The notes under the pieces are model-generated. The model saw only the letters and a program-made list of their open reading frames with translations. It was not told where the DNA came from and made no database searches. This document shows positions 45,826 to 56,954 of a stretch of DNA of 64,000 nt, piece after piece (the stretch's first letter is position 1; each line of letters opens with the position of its first letter). The stretch lies in the NCBI GenBank assembly GCA_947581805.1, contig CANPVM010000003.1, positions 137,775 to 201,774 on the forward strand. The letters are read 5' to 3'. A program made the position numbers and the translations under genes. The DNA comes from an uncultured Clostridia bacterium. GTDB taxonomy: Bacteria > Bacillota > Clostridia > TANB77 > CAG-508.

Positions 45826-47628
45826 CTATTCTCCAAAGATAGCATCAAATTCTTCGCCATCGATTTTTTCTTTTTCTAGTAAAATTCCAGCTACTGCATG
45901 TAATTTGTCTATGTGTGTTTTTAGAATTTCAGCTGCTGTGCTATAAGCTTTATCGATAATTCTTTTGATTTCTTCATCAATAATTCCAGCTGTTTCTTCA
46001 GAATATTCTTTTGCTTGCGCAAAGTCTCTTCCTAAGAAGACTTCTTCTTGGCCAGAACCTAACATAATTGCTCCAATTCTTTCACTCATTCCGTATTTTG
46101 TTACCATATTTCTTGCAATGCTAGTTGCTCTTTGAATATCGTTGCTTGCCCCTGTTGAAATATCATCTAAGATTAGTTGTTCTGCTACTCTACCACCAAG
46201 AAGTGATACAATGGTTTCTTCCATTTCTGATTTTGACATGAAGTTTTTATCTTCAGTTGGACGATACATAGTGTATCCTCCTGCCATTCCTCTTGGTACA
46301 ATGGAAATTTGATGTACTGGGTCTTGGGTTGGTAAGTATCTACTTACTACTGCATGGCCTGCTTCATGGTAGGCTACTAATTTATTTTCTTTTTCACTTC
46401 TGACTCTTGTTCTTTTTTCTGGTCCCATGGTTACTTTTACCATAGCATCTTCTATTTCTTTCATTCCAATTTCTGGTAAGTTACGTCTTGCTGAAAGTAA
46501 AGCTGCTTCGTTTAAAATATTTTCTAGGTCTGCTCCTGCAAAACCTGAAGTATTTTTTGCAATAACTCTTAAGTCTACGTCGTTTGCTAACCTCTTTTTT
46601 CTACTATGAACTTCTAAGATTTGTTCCCTTGCTTTTACATCTGGTGCTCCTACAATAATTTGTCTATCAAATCTTCCTGCTCTTAATAGGGCTTTATCTA
46701 AAACGTCTGGTCTATTTGTTGCAGCAAGGACAATGACACCTTCGTTTTCTGCAAAACCATCCATTTCTACTAATAATTGATTTAATGTTTGCTCTCTTTC
46801 ATCATGACCACCGCCAAGTCCTGCACCTCTTTGACGACCTACGGCATCAATTTCATCGATAAAAATGATACATGGTGCTTTTTTCTTTGCTTCTTCAAAT
46901 AAGTCTCTTACACGAGATGCACCAACACCAACAAACATTTCTACGAAGTCAGAACCACTAATAATAAAGAATGGAACTCCTGCTTCTCCTGCTACTGCTT
47001 TAGCAAGTAATGTTTTACCAGTACCTGGTTGACCTACAAGCAATACTCCTTTTGGAATTCTTGCTCCCATTTCAGTAAATTTTTTAGGATTTTTTAAAAA
47101 TTCTACAATTTCTTCTAATTCTTCTTTTTCTTCGTCCACACCGGCTACATCTTTAAAGGTAACTTTTGCTTTGTCTTGTGGGTTTAGCATTCTAGCTCTA
47201 CTTTTTCCGAATGTCATAGTTTTGCTTCCACCATTTTGGTTTCCACTCATTAAGAAGAACCAGAAAATAATAAAGATAATTAAAATTCCAAATGGGGTAA
47301 GAAGACTTAAGCCCACCATCCAAATAGATTCTGATTTTTCTGTTACTTTAATCGTATCTAATTTCATTGACTCTTGCAAATTGTCCATTAAGCTATCAAT
47401 ACTTGGAATATTTACTTCTTTTGCAATATTATCATTTTTTAATAGAACCTGTGCACTTGTTCCATCAGAAGATATTTCGATTTCTTCTACTTCTCCTGCT
47501 TCTATTTTTGAAATTAACTCTGAATAGGCTAATTTATTGTTTGAATTATCTAAGATAGAAGTAATCACTACAATAAAGATAACAAAAATAATTAACCACA
47601 TCGCTAATGTTTTAATACTATTTTTCAA
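45826..47628 (-). CDS. ftsH: ATP-dependent zinc metalloprotease FtsH
   Basis: 600 aa; AAA+ Walker A GPPGTGKT-like (GQPGTGKT), SRH, HEAGH zinc site. Confidence 0.95.
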   Translation of the reverse strand: MKNSIKTLAMWLIIFVIFIVVITSILDNSNNKLAYSELISKIEAGEVEEIEISSDGTSAQVLLKNDNIAKEVNIPSIDSLMDNLQESMKLDTIKVTEKSESIWMVGLSLLTPFGILIIFIIFWFFLMSGNQNGGSKTMTFGKSRARMLNPQDKAKVTFKDVAGVDEEKEELEEIVEFLKNPKKFTEMGARIPKGVLLVGQPGTGKTLLAKAVAGEAGVPFFIISGSDFVEMFVGVGASRVRDLFEEAKKKAPCIIFIDEIDAVGRQRGAGLGGGHDEREQTLNQLLVEMDGFAENEGVIVLAATNRPDVLDKALLRAGRFDRQIIVGAPDVKAREQILEVHSRKKRLANDVDLRVIAKNTSGFAGADLENILNEAALLSARRNLPEIGMKEIEDAMVKVTMGPEKRTRVRSEKENKLVAYHEAGHAVVSRYLPTQDPVHQISIVPRGMAGGYTMYRPTEDKNFMSKSEMEETIVSLLGGRVAEQLILDDISTGASNDIQRATSIARNMVTKYGMSERIGAIMLGSGQEEVFLGRDFAQAKEYSEETAGIIDEEIKRIIDKAYSTAAEILKTHIDKLHAVAGILLEKEKIDGEEFDAIFGE

Positions 47629-47781
47629 TTTTGCTTTCCTCCTTTTCCATTTTTACTTAAAATGGATTTTCTACCTTTGCACTATACCATATAAATTTTT
47701 ACTTGGCAAGTGTTTTTTGAAAAGTTTTTGCTTGCAAACCTTGTCGTATCAAGGCTTTCCTTACGGAACGTTGTCCTAAGC

Positions 47782-48813
47782 TTACTTTATTTCTTCGAAA
47801 AAAATTTTTCCTTTGTTTACCAATATTTTTACTTTTTTATTTGGTGTTAAATATTTATTTCCAATATTTTTTTCACAAAGCTTGATAATGTCTGAAATAT
47901 GTATCATTTCAATATTTTGACTTGTTCCTAATAATTTATTTATAGTATATAGCACAAGCCTATTTTTTATGACTTTCTCTTGTTTATTGAATTCTTTTAA
48001 ATCCAATTGTATTTCATTTTTACCATCAATTTGTTTGTTCCCTAAGTGTTCTTCTAAACATACTTGTTGATAGATTCTTTCTACTTGTTTATAAATATAA
48101 TCATTTTCTTCTTTAATAATTTGTGACATACGATTGAGAGAAGTTATAATATTGGGATTAAATTCTGTTTCTAATAAAGGTAATAAAATATTTCTTATTT
48201 TGTTTCTAGTATAAATATTTTCTTCATTACTTTTATCATATCTTGGTTCTAACTCTTCTTGTTGGCAGTATTCCTCTATTTCTGCTCTAGTACATTCAAT
48301 CAGTGGTCTAATATATTTATTTTCTCTCTTTACTTCAATTCCTTTTAATCCTGCTAGCCCGCTTCCTCTTATTAAATTCATTAGAATTGTTTCACTATTA
48401 TCATTGGCATTATGCGCTGTTGCTATTTTGGCATTATTAAATTTTTGGGCTACTTCTTCAAAAAACTCGTAACGAAGTTTCCTTCCTGCTTCTTCTGTTC
48501 CTATTTTTTGTTGTTTTGCTAGTTCTTCCACTTTTTCTTTTTTTATAAAACAAGGAATTCCTTTTTGCTTACAAAAATTTTGTACATATTGTGTTTCTTC
48601 TTCTGCTTCTTTTCGAATTCCATGATTAATATGGGCTACAATCAAATTTACCTCTATTTTTTTTGTTTCTTTTAGAAATAAAAGAACGTTTAATAACGCC
48701 ATAGAGTCTGGTCCTCCAGACACACCTATGACGATATTATTTCCATTTTCTATTAATTCATACTTTTGTAACGTTTTTAATACTTTTTCTTCTAACATAT
48801 TGCTCCTAATCAT
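47782..48813 (-). CDS. tilS: tRNA(Ile)-lysidine synthetase TilS
   Basis: 343 aa; PP-loop SGGPDS. Confidence 0.88.
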   Translation of the reverse strand: MIRSNMLEEKVLKTLQKYELIENGNNIVIGVSGGPDSMALLNVLLFLKETKKIEVNLIVAHINHGIRKEAEEETQYVQNFCKQKGIPCFIKKEKVEELAKQQKIGTEEAGRKLRYEFFEEVAQKFNNAKIATAHNANDNSETILMNLIRGSGLAGLKGIEVKRENKYIRPLIECTRAEIEEYCQQEELEPRYDKSNEENIYTRNKIRNILLPLLETEFNPNIITSLNRMSQIIKEENDYIYKQVERIYQQVCLEEHLGNKQIDGKNEIQLDLKEFNKQEKVIKNRLVLYTINKLLGTSQNIEMIHISDIIKLCEKNIGNKYLTPNKKVKILVNKGKIFFEEIK

Positions 48814-48845
48814 TCATGAGGTAAAAAGTTTTCCTCTTTACCTCA

Positions 48846-50177
48846 TTATTCTCTATATTTTTCAATGTTAGCAAATTTTGTATAATTACCAAGCCATAAT
48901 AATTCTACTGTTCCTGTTGAACCTGAACGATGTTTTGCTAAAGAAACTTCTGCTATATTTTTCTTTTCGCTATCTTCGTTATAATAATCATCACGGTATA
49001 AGAACATAACAATATCAGCATCTTGCTCTATTGCTCCTGATTCACGAAGGTCAGAAAGCATTGGTCTATGGTCTGGACGTTGTTCTGGCGCTCTAGATAA
49101 TTGTGACAATGCAATTACTGGCACATTAATCTCTTTTGCAAGAATTTTTAAAGAACGGCTAATTTCAGAAATTTCTTGTTCACGAGAAGCTCCTCTTTTT
49201 CCTGTTCCTTGAACTAATTGCAAGTAATCAATCACGACTAACCCAATATTCTGTTCTAGTTTTAATTTTCTACATTTTGCACGAATTTCCATAATAGAAA
49301 TTCCTGGTGTATCATCGATAAATATTTTTGATTCTGATAATCTTCCCGATGCTTCTGCAAGTTTTTGCCAATCTTCTTCATCAATTTTACCGGTTCTTAC
49401 TTTATTACTATCTACCATTGCTTGACTACACAAAATTCTATTTACCATTTGTTCTTTTGACATTTCTAAACTAAAAATAGCAACTGGTACATTTCCTTGC
49501 GTTGCCGCATAACTTGCAATATTTAATGCAAATGCTGATTTTCCCATAGCTGGCCTTGCAGCAATTAGAATTAAATCTGAATTATGAAGTCCTGCTGTTT
49601 TATAGTCTAAATCTGCAAAACCTGTTGGTACACCTGTAATATGTTGTTTTTGGTTATATAATTGTTCTAATTCTGTAAAGGTATCTACTAGAATGTCTTT
49701 AATTGCAAAATAACCTTTTTGGTTTCTAGATTGGATTGCATCAAAAATTTTCTTTTCCGCTTGGTCCATTAACACATCTACTTCTTGCGTCTCGTCATAG
49801 CCTAATTTGATAATTTCATTAGCAGTTTTTAATAAATTTCTAAGTAATGATTTTTCTTCTACTATTTTAATATATTTGTCGACATTAGCTGTGGTTGGTA
49901 CTTTATCTGGAAGTTCAGCTAGATACTCTAGACCTCCAACTGCTTCTAATTTTCCAAGGGAAGCAAGCTCTGCTTTTACAGTAATGATATCTACTGGTTC
50001 AGCACGATTATATAAATTTAAAATAGCAGAATAAATTGTTTTATTATCTTCTCTATAAAAATCTTCTTCTTTTAGTATTTCAATTGCGGAAATAATAGCA
50101 TCTTTATCGGTAAGCATGCTTCCTATTACTGCTTGTTCTGCTTCTGTGTCGTGTGGTGGTACTTTTCCTACTTCCAT
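48846..50177 (-). CDS. dnaB: Replicative DNA helicase (DnaB family)
   Basis: 443 aa; N-terminal DnaB domain, Walker A GARPAMGKS, RecA-like fold motifs. Confidence 0.93.
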   Translation of the reverse strand: MEVGKVPPHDTEAEQAVIGSMLTDKDAIISAIEILKEEDFYREDNKTIYSAILNLYNRAEPVDIITVKAELASLGKLEAVGGLEYLAELPDKVPTTANVDKYIKIVEEKSLLRNLLKTANEIIKLGYDETQEVDVLMDQAEKKIFDAIQSRNQKGYFAIKDILVDTFTELEQLYNQKQHITGVPTGFADLDYKTAGLHNSDLILIAARPAMGKSAFALNIASYAATQGNVPVAIFSLEMSKEQMVNRILCSQAMVDSNKVRTGKIDEEDWQKLAEASGRLSESKIFIDDTPGISIMEIRAKCRKLKLEQNIGLVVIDYLQLVQGTGKRGASREQEISEISRSLKILAKEINVPVIALSQLSRAPEQRPDHRPMLSDLRESGAIEQDADIVMFLYRDDYYNEDSEKKNIAEVSLAKHRSGSTGTVELLWLGNYTKFANIEKYRE

Positions 50178-50232
50178 CTACTTCTCCTTTTAATATCTCT
50201 TTTGGGACGTTTCCTAAAGAGACATGACATTA

Positions 50233-50679
50233 TTATTCTGGTAAAATTTCTACTTTTAATTTTCCTATTACGCCTTCATATAGTTTTATATCAACGGTTA
50301 TGGTTCCTAATGTTTTTACTGTTTCTGTTAAGTTAATCTTTTTCTTATCAATTTCAATATTAAACTGTGTTTTTAAGTTTTCTGAAATTTCTTTTGCTGT
50401 TACTCCTCCAAATATTTTTCCGTTTTCCCCTGCTTTTACTTTGATGGATAATGTGATTGTTTGTAACTTATTTGCTAAATTCGTTGCTTCTTCTTTTTCT
50501 ACTCCTTTACGGTACTCTGTTGCATTTTGTTTTGCTTTTAGTTTTAACATATTGTCATTATTTGCTTCTAGAGCTAATTTTTTAGGAAATAAATAATTTC
50601 TAGCATAACCATCATTGGCATTTATAATCTGATCTTTTTTTCCTACTCCTTTTATATCTGCTAATAAAATTACTTTCAT
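50233..50679 (-). CDS. rplI: 50S ribosomal protein L9
   Basis: 148 aa MKVILL.D..GVGKKD....ANDGYARNYL. Confidence 0.93.
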   Translation of the reverse strand: MKVILLADIKGVGKKDQIINANDGYARNYLFPKKLALEANNDNMLKLKAKQNATEYRKGVEKEEATNLANKLQTITLSIKVKAGENGKIFGGVTAKEISENLKTQFNIEIDKKKINLTETVKTLGTITVDIKLYEGVIGKLKVEILPE

Positions 50680-50760
50680 ATATTTCCCTCCTTAATAAAT
50701 ACGCATTGATTATATCATACTTTTCTTAGAATATAAAGAGTGTATTTAAATTTATCTTTG

Positions 50761-52029
50761 TTACTTTTTTATATCTGCAATTAAAATTGCATCTTCTACC
50801 ATTTTTAGAGAAGCTTTTAAAGTATCTTCCTTATTTGTGTATAAGGTTGCTATTTTTTCTCCTTTTTGTATATATTCTCCTACTTTATGGTGTAAAATTA
50901 TTCCTGCTGCCATATCAATATTATCTTCCTTTTTCATTCTTCCTGCCCCTAATAAACAAGATGCTTTTCCCATTAAGCTAGCTTTCATTTGTTGTATGCA
51001 TCCTTCTTTTGAACTAACTATGTCCATGGTATATTGTGCCATTTGAAATTTGCTTGTATCTTTACAGTAAGAACTATTTCCTCCTTGTTTTTCTACCAAT
51101 GCAAGAAATTTTTCATAGGCAAGTTGAGAATTAATGCAATCTTGAATTTTCTGTTTATTTTCCTCTATATTTTCTCCTTTTCCTGCCAATTTTAAAATTT
51201 GGCTTCCTAATTCTAACACAACTTGTTTTACATCTTCTTTTATATTTCCTTTTAGTGCCTCTATAGCTTCGATTACTTCTAAAGTATTTCCTATACTATA
51301 CCCCAAAGGTTCTTCCATTGGAGTAATAATGCAAACTGTCTCTTTTTCTGCTAGCTTACCAATTTGTTTCATAACAGAAGCAAGCTCTTCTGCTTTTTGT
51401 TTTGTTTTCATAAATGCACCATCTCCATAGGTAACATCTAATACAATTTTGTTTGCTCCTGCTGCTATTTTTTTGCTCATGATACTAGAACTAATTAAAG
51501 GAATGCTACTTGTACAACTGATGGTATCTCTTAATGCATATAGTTTTTTATCTGCTGGTGCTAAGTTTCCTGTTTGCGTAATAAGGCTAATTCCTATTTC
51601 TTTTACGTTGTTTTTAAATTCTTCTATGGATAAATTAGTCCTATATCCTGGAATAGCCTCTAATTTGTCTGCTGTTCCTCCTGTAAAGCCTAAGCCTCTT
51701 CCTGACATTTTTGCTACAGGTACACCCATTGCTGCCATAATTGGCATTAGAATTAAGGTAATTTTATCTCCTACTCCACCTGTGCTATGCTTGTCTACTA
51801 CCGTTCCTAAATCTGATAAATCTAGAATATCTCCTGAATGTGCCATAGCTAGTGTTAAGTTTGTGGTTTCTTCCATTGTCATTCCATTTAAATAAATTGC
51901 CATTACTAAAGCTGCTGCTTGGTAATCTGGTATTTCTCCATTGGTATAATTTGTAATAAAATATTCTATTTCTTCTTTATTTAATTCCTTTTTGTCTCTT
52001 TTCTTTGCAATTATATCTAATATATTCAT
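50761..52029 (-). CDS. pdp: Pyrimidine-nucleoside (thymidine) phosphorylase
   Basis: DKHSTGGVGDK signature; start MNILDII (ATG 52029) because GGAG RBS overlaps upstream ATG. Confidence 0.88.
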   Translation of the reverse strand: MNILDIIAKKRDKKELNKEEIEYFITNYTNGEIPDYQAAALVMAIYLNGMTMEETTNLTLAMAHSGDILDLSDLGTVVDKHSTGGVGDKITLILMPIMAAMGVPVAKMSGRGLGFTGGTADKLEAIPGYRTNLSIEEFKNNVKEIGISLITQTGNLAPADKKLYALRDTISCTSSIPLISSSIMSKKIAAGANKIVLDVTYGDGAFMKTKQKAEELASVMKQIGKLAEKETVCIITPMEEPLGYSIGNTLEVIEAIEALKGNIKEDVKQVVLELGSQILKLAGKGENIEENKQKIQDCINSQLAYEKFLALVEKQGGNSSYCKDTSKFQMAQYTMDIVSSKEGCIQQMKASLMGKASCLLGAGRMKKEDNIDMAAGIILHHKVGEYIQKGEKIATLYTNKEDTLKASLKMVEDAILIADIKK

Positions 52030-52074
52030 ACTTAACTCCATTTTTTATAATATACATATTTTTAGTGCTTTATC

Positions 52075-52220
52075 AGGACTATATATATTATATTTTTTCG
52101 CTCGTCCCAACATCGAATAGTCTATAAATCAATTTTTGCTATTGCTAAAAATTGATTAACAGACTATATCTTGTTGGTCCCCACACAAGCTCACTTCAAA
52201 AATATAATATATATAGTCCT
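52075..52220. repeat. 146-bp nested inverted-repeat element: 23-bp perfect terminal IRs (AGGACTATATATATTATATTTTT) enclosing a ~23-bp imperfect inner IR
   Basis: 52075..52097 is exact reverse complement of 52198..52220; inner arms 52117..52139 / 52144..52167. Confidence 0.8.
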
Positions 52221-52239
52221 AATAGCACCAAATTAGAAA

Positions 52240-52872
52240 TTATTTTTCTATTATATTTTTTACAAAACTTAAACGATGCAAAGGACAAATTCCATATTCT
52301 TTAATTGCTGCTATATGGGCTGCTGTTCCATATCCTTTATGTTTTTCAAAGCCATATTGTGGATATATTTCATCCCATTGTCTCATAATTCTATCTCTTG
52401 TAACCTTAGCAATAATGGAAGCTGCTGCAATAGAATAGCATTTGGCATCTCCTTTAATAATAGGAGTATATGGTATTCCCAAAGTATCTATACCAGTTAA
52501 TGCATCTACAATAATTCTCTCTGGCTTTACTTGTAGTTCTTTAATTGCCATGGTTAGCCCTTTTTTAGTTGCTTGCAAAATGTTGATTTCATCTATTTGC
52601 TTTTGGTCAATAATGCCTACTCCCCAAGCAATAGCTTCTTCTGTTATTTTTTCATATAATGTTTCTCTTTTCTTTTCCGATACTTTTTTTGAATCATTAA
52701 CACCTTCTATCATAGAATTTTTAGGCATAATAACAGCAGCTACTACTACTGGACCAGCTAATGGTCCTCTTCCTGCTTCATCAATTCCGCAGATGCTTTT
52801 GACTCCCGTTTTATAAATGTCTTCTTCTATTTGTTTTAAATTGGTTAGTCGCTCTAATTCTTTTTCTTTCAT
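52240..52872 (-). CDS. rnhB: Ribonuclease HII
   Basis: 210 aa; GIDEAGRGPLAGPVV.AAV motif. Confidence 0.93.
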   Translation of the reverse strand: MKEKELERLTNLKQIEEDIYKTGVKSICGIDEAGRGPLAGPVVVAAVIMPKNSMIEGVNDSKKVSEKKRETLYEKITEEAIAWGVGIIDQKQIDEINILQATKKGLTMAIKELQVKPERIIVDALTGIDTLGIPYTPIIKGDAKCYSIAAASIIAKVTRDRIMRQWDEIYPQYGFEKHKGYGTAAHIAAIKEYGICPLHRLSFVKNIIEK

Positions 52873-52945
52873 TCTACCTCATTCCTCGTACAGAATTTTA
52901 CTGAATAATAACTTAATTTCTCCTTTATTTCTATTTTGCTATATT

Positions 52946-53485
52946 CTAATTATTTTCTTCATTAGTTTGCTCTTTTTCTTGTATTTCTTCATTTGCTTTA
53001 TTTTCTTCGCTTTGTTTTAATTCTTCTATTTCTGATAATTTATAATAAGTATTTTCTCCTACTTTAATTCCTTTTGAATAAATGACTTCATCTGTGTCGT
53101 AATTAACAATATAATATCCTTTTTCTAAACGAATAGCTCCTAATCCCATTTCATCTAAGTCTGCTTTCTCTAGTATATAATACTGGCTAAATGTTTCCTC
53201 TTCTTGTGAGAATACTCCATTTTCTAATAACGTTTTTACTTCTTCGTCTTCAAGTGAATCACTTACTTTTCTTCCTTTTAAAAGTTCTTCTTGCTTGTTA
53301 ATTACTGCTTCTTCTGATAACACCTTTGCTTTTCCTTGAATAAGTAGCATATCTGTTTCGTAAGTTTCTACTATTTGTTTTTGTAATTGCTTGAAAAAAT
53401 AATAGATACAACCTACTACAATAAAAATAATGATAATGATACATAAAATTAACATGAGGTGTCCCATTCCCTTTTGATTTTTCAT
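52946..53485 (-). CDS. Hypothetical N-terminally membrane-anchored protein (179 aa)
   Basis: ORF with TM segment and acidic C-terminus. Confidence 0.5.
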   Translation of the reverse strand: MKNQKGMGHLMLILCIIIIIFIVVGCIYYFFKQLQKQIVETYETDMLLIQGKAKVLSEEAVINKQEELLKGRKVSDSLEDEEVKTLLENGVFSQEEETFSQYYILEKADLDEMGLGAIRLEKGYYIVNYDTDEVIYSKGIKVGENTYYKLSEIEELKQSEENKANEEIQEKEQTNEENN

Positions 53486-53687
53486 TTTTCCCTTTCCTTC
53501 CTAAAATGTGCCATTTGGTAAAACATTTAAAATATTTAATTTTTTATTTCTTATGATGTCTTTATTATATCTTGAGAATGTGATAAAATCAATATACTAT
53601 AACATGATTTTCACACGATTTTCACATTTCTATTGTATTATTACAAGCAAATGAGGAAAAATATTTTCGAGAAAAGGAGTTTACAAA

Positions 53688-54932
53688 ATGGAAAAAGAAA
53701 ATAATTTTACAGAAAATGAAAAAACTGAAGAAAGTAGAAAGGATTATAAACCAATTGGCAATATTACGAAAAAGAGTAACTTTTCCTTTGGGAAACAAGT
53801 GGTAGTTCCTTTTATTTCTGGTGTATTGGGTGCCGGCGTGGTATTAGGTGCTTGTTTTGGTATTCCTAGCATTTCTAAGCATTTATTACAAGCAACGCAA
53901 GAAGGAACAAGTAACTTATCTACTAATAATTCTAATTCTAGTTCTTCTGTCAATACCTCGCTAATCTCTTTAAGCAATTATTCAGAAACTGGTGTTGGTG
54001 TTGCACAAAAGGTATTACCATCTGTGGTGGGAATTAAAGTGGAATATTCTGTTTCTTCTATTTTTTATAAGAATATGACTAGCACAGCTACTGCAGAAGG
54101 TTCCGGTATTATCATCAGTGAAGATGGCTACATTTTAACCAATAACCATATTATTAATAGTAGCTCTTCTTCTTCGTTTTATGAAGTAGGAAAAGCAAAT
54201 AAAGTAATCGTTACTTTATATAACGATAAAACTGAATATGAAGGTAGTATTGTAGGAACTGATGAAGAAACAGATTTGGCTGTTATTAAAATTGATAAAA
54301 CTGGTTTAACTGCTGCTGAACTTGGAGATTCTGATGCTTTGCAAGTAGGAGAATTTGCCATGGCAATTGGAAACCCTTTAGGTATGCAAAGTAGTGTTTC
54401 GTCTGGTATGATTAGTGCTGTTAATCGCAAAGTAACAAGTGATGGTAAGACTTATACTTTAATCCAAACGGATACGGCTATTAATTCTGGAAATAGCGGT
54501 GGTGCTTTGGTAAATAGTAAAGGACAAATTATTGGAATTAATACCTTAAAAATGTCTGGTTCTGGTGTAGAAGGAATGGGGTTTGCAATTCCGATTAATT
54601 CTGCTAAACCAATTTATGAGCAATTAATTCAATATAATAAAGTAAAAAGGCCTTATCTTGGTATATCTGGTAGAGATTTAGATAAAGAATTAGCAGATGC
54701 TAATCATTTAGTTGTTGGTATTTATATTTTAAGTATTGATGAATTCTCTGCTGCAGAAAAAGCTGGACTTAAAATTGGAGATGTGATTATTAAAGCAGAT
54801 GGTAAAGAAGTTACCACGATGGATGAATTAAATGAAATTAAAAATTCACATTCAATTGGTGATGAAATGAGTTTAACCATTTATCGTAATGGTAATGAAA
54901 AAGAAGTAAAGGTTACTTTGCAAGAACAATAA
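53688..54932 (+). CDS. htrA: HtrA/DegP-family serine protease (trypsin-like domain + PDZ)
   Basis: GNSGGAL catalytic Ser motif, HIIN.. His, C-terminal PDZ. Confidence 0.9.
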   Translation: MEKENNFTENEKTEESRKDYKPIGNITKKSNFSFGKQVVVPFISGVLGAGVVLGACFGIPSISKHLLQATQEGTSNLSTNNSNSSSSVNTSLISLSNYSETGVGVAQKVLPSVVGIKVEYSVSSIFYKNMTSTATAEGSGIIISEDGYILTNNHIINSSSSSSFYEVGKANKVIVTLYNDKTEYEGSIVGTDEETDLAVIKIDKTGLTAAELGDSDALQVGEFAMAIGNPLGMQSSVSSGMISAVNRKVTSDGKTYTLIQTDTAINSGNSGGALVNSKGQIIGINTLKMSGSGVEGMGFAIPINSAKPIYEQLIQYNKVKRPYLGISGRDLDKELADANHLVVGIYILSIDEFSAAEKAGLKIGDVIIKADGKEVTTMDELNEIKNSHSIGDEMSLTIYRNGNEKEVKVTLQEQ

Positions 54933-55124
54933 AAATCATTTTAGTTTGCAAATTGTTCCCATTTTGTTCACAAAAAGAACAAATAGTATTGTTATATTAT
55001 TCTTAGTTAAGAAATAGTGTTACCCTACTATTATTCTTAACAGAAAAAGAAAACATCCCCTTTTATTTTCTAAAAAACGACTAAGATTTTTCTTAGTCGT
55101 TTTTTCTATTATCATTTTTATAAA

Positions 55125-56069
55125 TTATTTATATAAATATTTCTGTGGATTTATTTGAGCTCCATTTTTTCTTATTTCAAAGTGTAAATGGTTTCCAGTT
55201 GAATTTCCTGTAGAACCTACTGCTGCAATACTATCTCCGGCTGCTACTTGTGTTCCTACAGAAACGTAAATTTTGCTACAATGTCCATAGTAAGTTTGAA
55301 TTCCATTTCCATGAGAAATAATAACTAAATTTCCATATCCGCCCATATAACCTGCATAAGTTACTGTTCCATTTGCTGCTGCTTTAATCGTAGTTCCGTT
55401 TGGTGCTGCTATATCCATTCCTTTATGTGCATGGTCACGAATATCTTCCATTGCTCCAAAACGAGATGTAATATGCCCTGTAATTGGCTTAACTGCGAAA
55501 TATACACCATCTAATGTTGCTGCTTTTATTTTTGCTTGTTCTACTACTTTTTCTTCTAGACTTACTTCTGCCACTTCTGTTGCAGAAGCAACTTCTATGG
55601 CATTTTGCGTTTCTTCCTTATTTTGTGTGTAAATTTCTTTCATGGCAATGTTAATTTCTTCTAATTCGTTAGCTTTTTCTTCTTTTATTTTAGCAATAAC
55701 TTCTTCTGCTTCTTCTTGTGAATGAACATAGGTACTTATATCGTCATTTAGCATAATGGCATACATTTTATAGGTAGTAACTGCCATTTCTTGAATTTTT
55801 GTAAAAACTTCTTCTTCTGAAGTTTCTTCTGTATTCTCAATGAATAAAAATTCATATTTTGGCTTTTCTTCGATATCTACAAAAGCTACATCAACTTCGT
55901 CTGGATATAATATTTCATTATTTACTAATTGTTCAAATTCTTTTTTACTTGTTACATAACCTAGCTCTTTTCCTGCTATAGTTACTTTATAACTTGGTTT
56001 ATATTTTAATAAAACAAGAGCAAGGATTATAATGAAACCGATTAGAATAATACCAACTAATCTTATCAT
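55125..56069 (-). CDS. M23-family metallo-endopeptidase (LytM/lysostaphin-like), membrane-anchored
   Basis: HKGMDIAAP...GNHLHFE zinc-binding motifs. Confidence 0.88.
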   Translation of the reverse strand: MIRLVGIILIGFIIILALVLLKYKPSYKVTIAGKELGYVTSKKEFEQLVNNEILYPDEVDVAFVDIEEKPKYEFLFIENTEETSEEEVFTKIQEMAVTTYKMYAIMLNDDISTYVHSQEEAEEVIAKIKEEKANELEEINIAMKEIYTQNKEETQNAIEVASATEVAEVSLEEKVVEQAKIKAATLDGVYFAVKPITGHITSRFGAMEDIRDHAHKGMDIAAPNGTTIKAAANGTVTYAGYMGGYGNLVIISHGNGIQTYYGHCSKIYVSVGTQVAAGDSIAAVGSTGNSTGNHLHFEIRKNGAQINPQKYLYK

Positions 56070-56489
56070 AAGTTTTGTATAATTTCTCAGTTTTACGTTT
56101 AAAATATAAATTCACTCTCCTTTTTATGTTTGTTTTCTAAACAACACATTTACTATTATACTATATATTTTAAACAATTGCAAGTGAATTATTCCTTTTC
56201 GACTAAAATTTGCCTTTTTCTACTTTATTTTTATATTATTTTTCTCCCGTTTTCTTGTTTTTTCTAATTTTTACTAGTTTTTGCTTAATTTTACTTCCTT
56301 TTTTACGACGTAATTGTATACTTTTTACAGAATTTATTACTAAATAATATGTTTTAAAGATTATCTACATAAACAAATTGTTTAGTAATAAAAGTATTAT
56401 TGAAAATACTATTTCATTTGACTTTTATGTTAATTTGTGTTATAGTAATGTTTGTAACTAAAAATTTTTTTAATGAAAAAGGAGACAGA

Positions 56490-56742
56490 TATGCAAGATG
56501 CAAAAAATATTCGGTTTCATATCAGTTCCAAGGTAATTTCAGGAAGTTTCACACTTACCTGCAGTTCTTACCTTACTTATGAAATAGAAGAAGCCATTGA
56601 TGATTTCATTACTTCCCATAGCAATAAAAAAAATAGGGATAATTTATCGATACAAAAGATAAATAATGGTTACGAAATCAATGTCAATGCGTTCATGGCA
56701 ATTTGTCAAATTATTTTCCGTACACTAAAAAACTATTCTTAA
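56490..56742 (+). CDS. Small hypothetical protein (83 aa)
   Basis: RBS AAAGGAGACAGAT before ATG 56490; co-directional with following micro-ORF. Confidence 0.45.
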
Positions 56743-56763
56743 GTTTAAAAAGGAGATAATTAT

Positions 56764-56916
56764 ATGAAAGATTTGTTCATGGTTGTATTATGTGTACTTG
56801 CTATCCTTGCTTCTATTGCCACTGCTATTTTTTGTTCCGTAAGAGAGGGCATAGGCATAGCTATTATGTCAGGAGTGTGGTTAATGGCATTAGATGCTAT
56901 TTTTGGCAAAAAATGA
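56764..56916 (+). CDS. 50-aa double-TM hydrophobic peptide
   Basis: RBS AAAGGAGATAAT 7 nt before ATG; terminator immediately after stop. Confidence 0.45.
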   Translation: MKDLFMVVLCVLAILASIATAIFCSVREGIGIAIMSGVWLMALDAIFGKK

Positions 56917-56946
56917 AAAAAAGACCTGCAATAGGTCTTTTTTTCA
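56917..56946. terminator. Bidirectional terminator AAAAAAAGACCT-gcaata-AGGTCTTTTTTT (also 3' of smc)
   Basis: 8-bp stem with A7/T7 runs. Confidence 0.75.
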
Positions 56947-56954
56947 TTTATTTT

